In this document: positions 22,904-33,459 of the stretch, piece after piece
How the letters are laid out: each line of letters opens with the position of its first letter
How positions within the stretch are numbered: position 1 is the first letter of the stretch
From: Yuukianura sp. NJ FZ-2021
Lineage: Eukaryota
Assembly: GCA_046563655.1 (NCBI GenBank)
Contig: CM102284.1
Span: 930,001-994,000, forward strand
DNA length: 64,000 nt
Reading direction: 5' to 3'
Made by a program: the position numbers and the translations under genes
The notes under the pieces: generated by a model
The model's database searches: none
The model's input: the letters and a program-made list of their open reading frames with translations, nothing else
Told to the model about the DNA's origin: nothing

Positions 22904-23769
22904 TTCTTTTATTTATGTGGAAATTTTGTAGGTCAAAGGTCAAATCAAAAATTTAACTAACGTTAGGCTGTGCGGACGACTCAAGCTGAAGTGATTACCC
23001 AGTGCAGGAAACCAAAGGGAATTCAAAAAACTGGGAACGTGGAGGTGTAATTTACACCGCAATTGCTAATTAAGATTAACTCATTAAGTAGTCGCCGATT
23101 TCCGTTTCAATTTTCATGGCCTCCAGACATCAAGACATTTACCTGTGAGAATGGTCTTAACACCGAAAAAAATTGAAAAACAATTTTGAAAATTATCGTT
23201 ACTACATTAGTTTGAAACCTTTTGATTTCCCTAGAAAGTTAAGAAATCGTCACAAATATGAAATATGAAGATTTTGTACAGAACAGAAATTTTTTATTAA
23301 AATTTGATTCAAAATAGAATTAGACAACTTAGCATAAACTATAAAAACTGTATCATATTCTGTTCTTATTAAAATATAGATATTTAGTGTTTATTTTTTT
23401 TTTCACAACAACATTATGATGAAATATTTAGCTTGTCAATCCTATGTATATTTTTAAAATTTTGTAAAGAATAATTTAGTAATCGTAAAGTTAAACTATG
23501 GAAAAGGATACCTACAGAGCATAATATCACAATAACGTACAGTAGTTAACTCAAGGGGTCATGTCAATGCAAGCGATATTGTGTTAAAATATAAGCCGGA
23601 GAAATTATAGCGAACGGACCTATAAATTTTTTAGCTGTGTAGTACATTTTTCTATTGATTTAGCGCTGTTTTCTATAGGGCTGATTCACTCATGGTTTTA
23701 CAAAAAATGAAAACACTTAAGACATCGGGGAGACATAGCGCCAATTGCGCTTACTCTGGTTAGGCTTCC

Positions 23770-23955
23770 CGAGCATGGTATGAAAGATACAAAAGCAGTA
23801 ACACCAAGGTTTCACATGGAACACGTATATAGTTAGTGCTAGGTTTGCTTGCTATCACCTTCTATGCACCGAGATATTTTTGGAAAGAATTTGAACAGGG
23901 GAAAATGAGGATGCTGACGGGAAAACTCCGTCCAATAGTTCTGGGAACATCATAG
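23770..23955 (+). pseudogene. Innexin fragment (TM2 and following loop), decayed
   Basis: Manual translation LVLGLLAITFYAPRYFWKEFEQGKMRML matches the innexin motif FYxPRxxWKxxEGGK. Frameshift just upstream, stop just downstream, YYQW not recognisable. Confidence 0.65.
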
Positions 23956-24064
23956 TGATCCTATGTCACGTAATTATATGTAAGGTGTAAGGTGAGGTGT
24001 CACGTAATGATTTGGGGTTATTTTTCCTAATCTAACCTAATTCAACCGTTCTATTTCTCATCAT

Positions 24065-24425
24065 ACTGTTGAACGTATTGTGTCTACGTTAAATGATGAA
24101 AATACACTGGCAAACAAGAAACCTCCTGGACGACCGAGAACTGCAACTGGACTTCAAAATCGTATAGCCCTTGTGCAGATATGCGAGAATTCGGTGTGGA
24201 ACCAACAACCACTAACCACGTCCGAAACTGGTGCTCAGTTGCCTGGTCCATGTTCACAAGATTCGGTCAACAGAATTATGAAACTGGAAAAGATTAAATC
24301 TTATCGGATTCAATCGCACCAAAAACTTAAACACACGGATCATTTTCCTAGAGCAACGTTTTGTGAGGGCATGATGTAACGCCAACACAACGACCCGGCT
24401 TTGTTCCGACATATTTGTTTGAGCA
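24065..24425 (+). pseudogene. Tc1/mariner-superfamily transposase fragment (HTH and linker region)
   Basis: GRPRTA...SVNRIMK...SYRIQSHQKLKHTDHFPRATFCEGMM*RQHNDPALFRHICLS follows the pattern preceding the first catalytic Asp. In-frame stop, truncated. Confidence 0.7.
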
Positions 24426-24558
24426 CATACAATACAGCAATGTGTTGTATGAGTAGAGTAACAGCTAATAAGATCTTTGAACCTTTGGTAGTCACAAAAA
24501 TCCGTCCTACGCCTCAGCTGAACGCATAATTACGGTTTTCATGAGCAGGTAGTCATAG

Positions 24559-24728
24559 ACAGCACCGCCGACGTCAAGCGAAGACTTCCAGCAACAAATT
24601 GACCCTAGTATGATTTTTAAATTCCCATAGGAAGTTGAAAAGTAAATATTAAAATCTATAGAAACGAACCACCACAGCACCGCCGACGTCAAGCGAAGAT
24701 CTCTACCAACAAATTTGATCAGATAGTA
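24559..24728 (+). repeat. Direct duplication of a ~50-bp unit (acagcaccgccgacgtcaagcgaaga...)
   Basis: Identical 26-bp core at ~24559 and ~24674 followed by similar tails. Confidence 0.8.
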
Positions 24729-25267
24729 CAACACCTAATGAGTTGAGAAAAAGATCTGATGACAAAATTGGATTCGTGGAAACAGGCACTCAGACACAAG
24801 AGAGGAGCAGAACAAACGCAGAGTTGGAAAGATGGTTGCGAGAACAGTAGCCGCCGTAACTTTGGCTCGAGTTGGTTGCTGGAGCTGTATCAATTGTAAA
24901 TAACCAAGCAAATCTAAACAATTTGGCTTCTACGCCGCCAAGTTCAACTGTGTTGTCATAGAAGGAAAAAGTGTAACCAAGAGGCATTGTTGAAATAGGA
25001 GAAATAAAGGGTGCCACTTCTGCCTTCACTACCCCTTTCATTTACACATTAAAAAAAAATGAGAAAAAGAATGGACTCATGGAGTTGGAATAAGTACATT
25101 TACACCAAATACATTACCGTTGGGGTATTGGACAAGGTTTTTGAATTTACCCATAATTGAGATTACGGATTTGCTAAGCTATTCAATAAAGTAATTGTCA
25201 ATTTCATAATATATTAATAACCATAATTACCTAAGTGTTAGATCCACCCTCGGACTCTGCACAAAGG

Positions 25268-25420
25268 GAAATCGAGTACACAGTCTATCTTCAAAGCCCA
25301 GGTGAAATTGTTTTCACTTTGCCTGGTTGCATGTACATGGTATTCAACATGGAGTATACTTGTAAGTTTGATCTAACTTATATTGAATTGATGGATGTTT
25401 AGCGAAGCGTTCCACTCCGG
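25268..25420 (+). pseudogene. JmjC-domain (KDM4/KDM5-like) C-terminal fragment
   Basis: EIEYTVYLQSPGEIVFTLPGCMYMVFNMEYT resembles QxPGEFVxTFPxxYHxGFN. It is followed by a short gtaagt..tttag intron-like stretch and EAFH. The metal-binding His is replaced. Confidence 0.5.
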
Positions 25421-25816
25421 AGACTCCGTCTTACTTCTCTGCAAAAGGTAATTGCCCGCAAAGTTCTCTCGCTTATGGATTTGAAGTTTCATAATAGCCC
25501 TCAGACTTAAATATTAGTTAACCTCTAAAATGCTACGTAAGCATTTCCCGTTGCAAGGTATGCAAGATTGTAAGATTCATTTACCAAGCTTGGAACCCAA
25601 AGGCACCAACTATTAGGCATGAAGCCAAAACTGATCATAAGAAGTTCTTCTACATTGTTGGCGGTCTAACCTATAACTTTTCAAGTCGAAGTGGTTCTTA
25701 AATACTCTGGCATTCAAACCACACCTATATAGACCTCAACTATATTCAGTAAAAAAAATTAGAGGTCTATGTGAATCTAGTTGTATTCCGTAGTATCAGC
25801 CCATGAACGCTGACAC

Positions 25817-26158
25817 ACATTGGCGACCGTGACAGAAGAACCTACAATCTTTCAGAAAGATGGATTTATATAATGTTTATTCGCTGAGGCGTACAAAAAA
25901 GTTACATTACATTTGCCATACCTAGTTTCTTGCATCGATGAAGAAGGAAATCTTGTCATTTAATACTCGACATTGGCGACCGTGACAGAAGAACCTACAA
26001 TTCACCAAAGCAAAGGATGTCCGAAGCAATGTACCTTTTATCTTTTCCGCAATGACTAAAACAGAAAACACTGACAATTAAATATATGATTATGATGATA
26101 GCGACATGAATATCACATAATCGTAAACATTGGCGACCGTGACAGAAGAACCTACAAT
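25817..26158 (+). repeat. Array A: three identical 32-bp repeats separated by unrelated 121- and 125-bp spacers; repeat is tRNA-Arg PBS-like
   Basis: acattggcgaccgtgacagaagaacctacaat at 25817, 25970 and 26127. Confidence 0.9.
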
Positions 26159-26231
26159 TCATCAAAGACAGTGTCTTCGAGAACAAAGTGCGATATAGAA
26201 TGGTGAGAATACTTTTACACTCTCTTCAATA

Positions 26232-27192
26232 CCCTCACAAATGGAGCCTCAGTCGGGAACTCATCTGCTGACCACGCTAACAAGTGCTACAATCTTTCGC
26301 TGATGCTTTTAATATCTTACTACTACGGAATGGGAGCGGCCGTGAATGTGTTATCCACAAAGGGGGAACAAGATACTTGGTATGAACGCGGAAATCTCAA
26401 GGATCTGGTAAAGAATTACTACAAAACTGTGTGTGATGCATGTTCAACTATTTAACCCCCTCAAATGGAGCCTCAGACGGGAATTCAACTGCTGATCTGC
26501 GATTATCAAACAACATTCGCTTTTCAATACATTAGGATGGAGTACTTAGGAACTAAGTGTAGGACGCGTTGGAATGTTTTAAAATTCGTAACAAGTCGAA
26601 ACAAGCTCTGTTATACTATACATGTTATATTACTTAAACCTCTCAAATGGAGCCTCAGACGGGAATTGAACTGTTGATCTTCGATTATAAAATGACCATC
26701 TTCTCTCGCATGCGTAGCTCACGTCGGAACGTTTCAGAATTCGAAGCAGTCAAAGCAATCTCTGTTACGACTGTTTATAACTTAACCCTCTCAAATGGAG
26801 CCTCAGACGGGAATTCAACTGTTGATCCTCGCTTATAAAATGACATTCTTTTTTCACTACATCAATACAAGTACCAGCGAAGCAAGTCGAGGCAAACTCC
26901 GTTATACTATACACTGTTTACTACTTAACCCTCTCAAATGGAGCATCAGACGGGAATTCAACTGCTGATCAAACTCTAAAATTACTTGATTTACAACTAT
27001 AACTTAATGGCTCGCAGAATTCACAAGCTTGCTGTATTAACTCTCAAAACATTGCGTTAGTTTTCTTCAACTGAAACCGACAATTGTTTGTCGAATACAC
27101 TACAAATCACTATGGAGTTTGGTAGGTACAGTAAAGCAAAGTACTGTAGGTAGGTAAACCTCCACAAATGGGCGCTCAGCCGGGAAATAAAC
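26232..27192 (+). repeat. Array B: six ~40-bp repeats (consensus ccctctcaaatggagcctcagacgggaattcaactgctgatc), tRNA-3'-end-complementary, period 143-230 bp
   Basis: The TGG of each copy is at 26242, 26466, 26648, 26796, 26939 and 27169. Outer copies are more diverged; inner spacers are distantly related to each other. Confidence 0.88.
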
Positions 27193-27645
27193 ATGATAGT
27201 AGCGATTCAATACAAGTCTTTACGTGGAATCCAAATCTTTGAGTGTATTACAATGAATGAGAAATATTTGCCAACTGCGAAACTCCTAGAATAAGTAAAA
27301 CGCTCTGTAAAGGCTTGTTTTACTCGTGTAACTAGTTAGTTAAAACCATTAGGAGAATTAGGGCGAGTTGCCCATAAGACTGCGACCGTTGTCTCCTTGC
27401 AACGAAAAAAAACATTGACGTGTCAAGGTGGGACTTCTTTTTTACAGGGTTCCGAAAAACCTATTAAAAGTTTTGAACCTATTCCAATTGAACAAATAGC
27501 CGACATTCATTTCAGAAAATTCCGCAGAGACTCGAATGGGAGCAGAATAATTAATCTATCGCCGAAGCTGATGGATCGGTTTTAAAAGGCTCGGCCAGAA
27601 GCATAAAAATCGAAAAAGTTGCCACATCAGGTGCATGGTCTGTGA

Positions 27646-27700
27646 CCAGTGATTGGTCTTGCCAGTGATTGGCTTGGGCAGCCAGAAATGGGCTATATAA
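27646..27700 (+). promoter_or_regulatory. Pol II promoter-like module: two inverted CCAAT boxes plus TATA box
   Basis: ccagtgattgg at 27646 and 27662; tatataa at 27694. Confidence 0.4.
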
Positions 27701-27844
27701 CCAGTGCTTTGGTGCACATTGTCTCGGTTAGGTCGGTAGGCCCATCAGGCAACGTTTCATCCCGAAATGATAGGAAATTTTTTCAACCATACCCAGTAAC
27801 ACCATGATGTCGGCAATAGTTAGTTCTCTTCAAGATTGAGGATA

Positions 27845-28740
27845 ACTTTTGATTTCGTGATTTCGCGTTGGGTGATTACAGCATCAACTATCATCATCTG
27901 GGAAGTTCGAGATACTGGAGAATCATTCTACCATCATGTGTATAAGAATGTATTAACGCAACACTTTTTGATTTTAAGACTTCGCGTTGGTTCATTACAG
28001 CATCAACTATCATCATCTGGGAAGTTCGAGATACTGGAGAATAATGCTAGAATCATGTGTATAAGAATGTATTAACTTGCTTCAGTTACCCGCAACACTT
28101 TTTGATTTTAAGACTTCACGTTGGTTCATTACAGCATCAACTATCATCATCTGGGAAGTTCGAGATACTGTTGAATAATTCTACCATCATGTGTATAAGA
28201 ATGTATTAACGCAACACTTTTTGATTTTAAGACTTCGCGTTGGTTCATTACAGCATCAACTATCATCATCTGGGAAGTTCGAGATACTGGAGAATAATGC
28301 TAGAATCATGTGTATAAGAATGTATTAACTTGCTTCAGTTACCCGCAACACTTTTTGATTTTAAGACTTCGCGTTGGTTCATTACAGCATCAACTATCAT
28401 CATCTGGGAAGTTCGAGATACTGGAGAATTATTCTACCATCATGTGTACAAGAATGCATTAACGCAACACTTTTTGATTTTAAGACTTCGCGTTGGTTCA
28501 TTACAGCATCAACTATCATCATCTGGGAAGTTCGAGATACTGGAGAATAATGCTAGAATCATGTGTATAAGAATGTATTAACTTGCTTCAGTTACCCGCA
28601 ACACTTTTTGATTTTAAGACTTCGCGTTGGTTCATTACAGCATCAACTATCATCATCTGGGAAGTTCGAGATACTGGAGAATTATTCTACCATCATTTGT
28701 ATAAGGATATACTAACTTACTTCATTTACCCGGCAAGACT
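27845..28740. repeat. Tandem repeat of about 7 monomers alternating 134 and 119 bp (253-bp higher-order dimer)
   Basis: gcaacacttttt anchors at 27958, 28092, 28211, 28345, 28464 and 28598. A 15-bp segment (ttgcttcagttaccc) and diagnostic substitutions alternate between monomers. Confidence 0.92.
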
Positions 28741-29282
28741 TTATCTGATCAGCATTAATAGATCTGTTCTCTCAAGGTTGAACAAAATAAGCAGAAATAG
28801 AATAGTTGTAGGTTAGGTCGCAATAAAATAGTCGGCGTAATCGCCAACTGGTGTTTCTGCCGGATATCCCGCCCCACGCTCCCTCCCATACCGATTCGAA
28901 ATAATTTATCCTTAGTGCTATAATGGTGGGCTTTAAAGTTCCGCATTTAGAACCGAAAAGGTCAAATCAAGCACTAAAGCACTAACCTTACCCCTCGAGT
29001 TAAACTTGTACCTTATAACTTATAACAAGTATTTTTCTATAACTTAAAACAACTTAACCTACAGTATTAGATTTGTAAATATATAAATATTGACAATACA
29101 AAGAATAGCAACCTGTCGTTTGTAAACTGCTTGTTATCATAAATCATCATTTTGACATTGCAAGATCATGACGATGGAGTCTTCGAAGATGACAAACTGC
29201 ATCTTGTCTTCCGCATCAACTCAACAACGGTGACTGGAGTTCACCATGAAGTCACCCTCGCCGGAGTAAAAGTTCAGTTACC

Positions 29283-30363
29283 TTACGTTGCTGACTGCTT
29301 GTAGTTTTTGGTTTGAACCATCTTCACTCCACACATCGCACAGATACCTGAAAATGAAAGTTACAGCATAAAAACATTGAACACTGAAAAAATTTAAAAA
29401 CGATTAAAAGGCACAGATACTACTCAAGGTTACATTGTCGTTCTCGTTTCTGAGGCAGTAAAACTTTTCTCAAAGTTTTTTTTTTTGATACAAATGTTCG
29501 GGTGCCCACTTCGCTTTTGGGTTGATTTAAACCAATTGATTGAAACAGAGGTTTAAATCAAGTGGTTGTTAAAAATAAAAAGCGTAAATTCCTAAGACAA
29601 TTTGAATTTAAAGTGCACAAGCGAAAAGAAATTGAAAAACCCTAGAGCTTTTTGAAAAAAATTGTCAAAGTTAATGGTGTTTACTGTTTTGTTTTACTTC
29701 ATACGGCTATTTTGATGCTTGCTTAGGTTGCATGACTTTTTTGTGCGTATTTGACAATTTCAAATTGAAATTTTAACTAAATTTTGGTCTAAACAAAAAA
29801 AAAGCAACTAAATACACGTTTATGTCTTGTTTAAACGAAAAACCAATCAACCCTGGTAAAATGGCTGGGTACGTACAATGACACCAGCTCTCAAAAATTT
29901 GAACGGTTGGAAAACGTGTAGCCGCCCAAGTTTACTTCAACCAAAATTTTACCTAGCAATCTAAAATACAACGTAATTACCTTTACTGTAGGCACAAGGT
30001 TGGCAGTAGTGAGATCCAGCCTGATGTACTTTTTGTTTACAAATTCTGCAGGAATCGAACTTGGTCTGATAAGGGCTGAATCTGGCCTTCTTCGAAGACA
30101 GCAGTTTGTTCTCACCAACCTGCAAATTAAACAACGTTAGTTAGTTAGACGATGAGTTTATGCACACTAACTTTTAGAAAAAGAAAACAAAACTTCAGAA
30201 ATAAATCGACATACTACTTATTCAGAAATGAAATCAAAAATTCAACTGTTTGTAATTTACATACCTTCCGCCCTCCTCCTTCCGTCGTATTTCTCGCTCC
30301 AGTTTTCCATGGATCTGGGGTTATGACCTTCCCCAACTTCTTTTCGCATTTATCACAAACCAT
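29283..30363 (-). CDS. CRIPT: Cysteine-rich PDZ-binding protein, 100 aa, 3 coding exons (30363-30265, 30119-29981, 29347-29283)
   Basis: Manual splice gives MVCDKCEKKLGKVITPDPWKTGARNTTEGGGRK/VGENKLLSSKKARFSPYQTKFDSCRICKQKVHQAGSHYCQPCAYSK/GICAMCGVKMVQTKNYKQSAT*, with GT-AG introns in correct phase. Missed by the ORF track. Confidence 0.96.
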
Positions 30364-30652
30364 GGATGGATACCAAATGTCGTCACGTTGACTGTGCTTA
30401 TGAGGCCGTACTGCTGCTTTCTCTATCTGGTCTGTATGTATCTTCTAAAACAATTAGCAACTGAACAGATTACATTACGCTTCAATTACGGAAAGTTCAA
30501 ACGAGAGACAACTTTAGAGAGACCACTTAAGTTATGATGTTATGCTTGTGCATGCTGTTCACAAAATGGCGAATATGAGTGATCTAACCTTCAGAGAGAT
30601 TCCACTTTCCACTCCCACCTCCCACTCCCACAAGAGCGCTCCCAAGAATTTA

Positions 30653-31401
30653 TGGGGTGGTGTTGCAAAAACTCAAATTTTACACGTACGAAAATTTAAA
30701 CGCAGTCTGTCATCTTCACACCTCCTAAAAAATATATATCGATGATACTAATAACCTTGTAAACCACAGTGACACTTCAACGTCAATTGTTTTTAATTTT
30801 TGTTTATTAAACTAGCGTTTCTCGCGACGGTTATGATTTTTATGAATTTTCTTTTCAGTTTGACTTTTCCAGCAGTACCAAATTCTTATGTCAAATCAGC
30901 ATGACTGCCTTCTATAATTTGGCAAATAAAACTAGCATTTATAAAACTAGTTTTTCTAGGATTATAGATTCATTTTTTGCATGTTTAGAGTTGTAATTAT
31001 GGAAAAACTTGAGTGCTACGTTGCGTGTGGAAAAGGCCGTTAAGGGTAGTACGACAAATTTAGTCCTTCCATATCACAGCCCTGAAAAGTACTGTTGTTT
31101 ACCAAAAATTACATTACACCCATGTTCTAAATAAATATGCTATAGGATCATAAAGGCCTCCAGCAGCATGAAGAACAAGTATTTAATGGAACAGCTTGAA
31201 AAACAACTATTAATTAGAGAAATTTAACTAAAAAAAATGAACTTGAAGTGTCATTTTGTAAGACTCTCCTCAGGTCAACAAGGAGGATTATTGATAGTTT
31301 TTTTTTTATAGAAGAACTTGTTATACTTTTTGAAGTTTGAAGACAAAGTACGTTTAAATTTTCGTATGAGTAAAAGTTAGCTCTTTTGCAACACCACCCC
31401 A
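30653..31401. mobile_element. ~750-bp MITE with long degenerate TIRs
   Basis: tggggtggtgttgcaaaa...tacgaaaatttaaacg at the left end and its reverse complement at ~31350-31401; TA on both flanks. Confidence 0.75.
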
Positions 31402-32571
31402 TAAACATTCTGTTCATAAAAGATACTTCAGGGGTGTGAATAATGGAGTGGAGCCGATTGCAAGACCACTTCGGCTGATCGATAAGTGGTGTCTTTCGGT
31501 GAGTGATGGACGAATGGTAATATGTACTTACGCTGGATTGGGGTGATGGGGACGAGTCGTGATAATCATGGATGTCAAAAATATTTAGTCCCTTTCCCCG
31601 AAATGTTAACAGAGAAAAAAATATGTGCGGTTTATTTATTACTAAATATTTATTTATTTTCCCAGGGGTTTAATGTTAAATAAGTATATTTGGGCGATTT
31701 TTTTAAAATATTTTTTTGTCCAAATTTTGGGGTTTTTAGCACATATTTTTGGCAACCCTGGTGATAATATACGAAGCGAAGTGGCCATATGGATTATTAC
31801 CAACGGACAACTTTACTGTCTCGTATAGCTGTTTCTTGTTATAGGGCTTTAGTTTTTAGAAATGACCTTCTATTTCTGTCTCGTTTTTCGAAAATTCCGG
31901 AGCCAAGAAACTCAAGGATTTTGTGTGTTTGCTCGATTCATTCCTTTTTAAAAATACATTTTCGAATGGCTTGGCTTCCACCTTTTCGAAATTTCGAATG
32001 GAATTGGCATTTTTTTTTCTTTTGAACAAACATTTTTTTTGTTCCTGAAAAGTAAACTATACAGCTCTTGTCCTTTGTTAAATTTTAAAACCGTGGGAAA
32101 GGTTTCCTAAGCCAAATTCCCTAGAAATCTAAAAATAATTTGAAAAAGACTCCAACTTGTCGTGCAAGTCGAATGGTTTCAAAATTTATGAGGGACCTTT
32201 CCAACCATGAAGGAAGACTTCAAAAAGCTACACATTTCAAAGTATGGTGTTATTTCGTTTGTTAACTTTTGATCTGAATTGAAGATCAGTGTGAGATGAT
32301 TTGGCAATAAGATAACCAGTGTGGCTACAGTTATTACAGGAAATGTGCGGTGGGTGGCGTGGTTTTGTTTCACTCTTTTTCGTTTTCAACTTCACTAAAT
32401 ACTCCTGAATCCTGCAAGGAATCAGAATGTGAAAGAAGTTCGCCCGCAAACAATTGCAAAAAAATGTACGGTTTTGTCATGAGTCGAACTCTGCTAATAA
32501 TAGTAACAAGATTTTAATTTAATTCCTCACGCGATCCTCAACTAAATGCCTAACGGTTTGACTGATCAAGA

Positions 32572-33459
32572 TCATCTTTGTTTCATGTAATAGTCAATAG
32601 CTGTAGAAAAAGCTGCAAAACCTGCTGCTCCGAAGAAGGCCGGCTTGAATCCAGCTGAGTATCAACAAAAGTGATACAGATTAGAACAATTCAAGCAACA
32701 TTTGACTACCAATTTAACAAAATCTCAAATCAGAAAATTACCTCTGAGTCCTATTAGTCCTCCAGTAATTGCCCCAGCACTGCACCCGTTCTTCCAGTCA
32801 CTCTTCCCTCGGTACTAAACAAAAATTCAAAATAAGTTAGTCCTTAACTAACATATGCAATGCTTACTATCAGTTTCAAAACGAATACTGGCCGCATTTC
32901 AATTTAACAGTACGCATAACTCACGGATTCGATGGCACATTCTACTGAAACGAACATGGCTCCTACAATGGCAAAGTTCTTTCCGTGTGTCACACTTGTA
33001 TTTTTCATGTCTCGTAGGATTTCTCGGGCAGTTTGTGGCTTAGCATCTGGTGTCATAGGTGTTATTGGATTCACACTGGATGAAAACAGGCCAATCACCG
33101 CTCCCAATCCAAAACCTGTAGAACAAGAAAGACAGAATAATCATGTGTGTTAAACAAATCGTTTCAGTTTCGACATCAACATAGCCAATTGACTGACTAG
33201 AGCGACATTTACCTAAGACTGTGCTCATAACGATTTTGAAGGCACAGCTTTCGAAAGCAGCTTCAACCATCTTTTCCTCCCGGGTTTTGATAGTGACAGG
33301 ACCATGGGACCGAGGAATGATCATTTCCGGTCTATACCGTGGGTCATTGCTCATCAACGCAAACAAAACGCTCTTGAAATCTTCGGATCCTAAAGTAACT
33401 CTACCATCAGGATTCACCCTAGTGTAATCGTCATCTCCATGACTAGAGCCTTCTGCCAT
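32572..33459 (-). CDS. TIM22: Mitochondrial inner membrane translocase subunit Tim22, 4 exons
   Basis: EAAFESCAFK, KNFAIVGAMFVSVECAIES/YRGKSDWKNG..GAITGGLIGLR/AGFKPAFFGAAGFAAFSTAIDYYMKQR*; GT-AG introns. Confidence 0.93.

Larger units (their letters stand above)
23550..28999. mobile_element. Putative TTAA-flanked (piggyBac-like) composite non-autonomous element carrying cargo
   Basis: TTAA at 23546-23549 and 29000-29003. Left end ctcaaggggtcatgtcaatgc versus reverse-complemented right end ctcgaggggtaaggttagtgc match at 16/21. Lies between the calpain 5' region and the CRIPT 3' region. Confidence 0.45.

Noticed and set aside
25560-25790. FLYWCH-like zinc-finger fragment (IVGGLTYNFSSRSGS*ILW)
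   Set aside because: Resemblance too weak, in-frame stop, Cys/His ligands missing.
25817-27192. Bona fide prokaryotic CRISPR array
   Set aside because: Eukaryotic spliced-gene context, no cas genes, spacers mostly over 100 bp, non-palindromic repeats, and array B spacers are mutually related.
25817-27192. Minus-strand tRNA gene cluster
   Set aside because: Only the 3' portion is tRNA-like, CCA is encoded, and no D-arm or matching 5' acceptor strand is visible.
27836-28816. ORFs of 77-83 aa in the tandem repeat
   Set aside because: They start at TTG and are by-products of the repeat unit.
23550-28999. Intact LTR retrotransposon or autonomous transposon
   Set aside because: No gag/pol or full transposase ORF, and no LTR pair found by eye.
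30364-31570. N-terminal extension of CRIPT through an upstream in-frame stretch
   Set aside because: CRIPT orthologs begin at MVC; the upstream sequence is more simply 5' UTR and is interrupted by a MITE.
32179-32449. Short minus-strand ORFs downstream of Tim22
   Set aside because: No recognisable motif or gene structure; possibly UTR.
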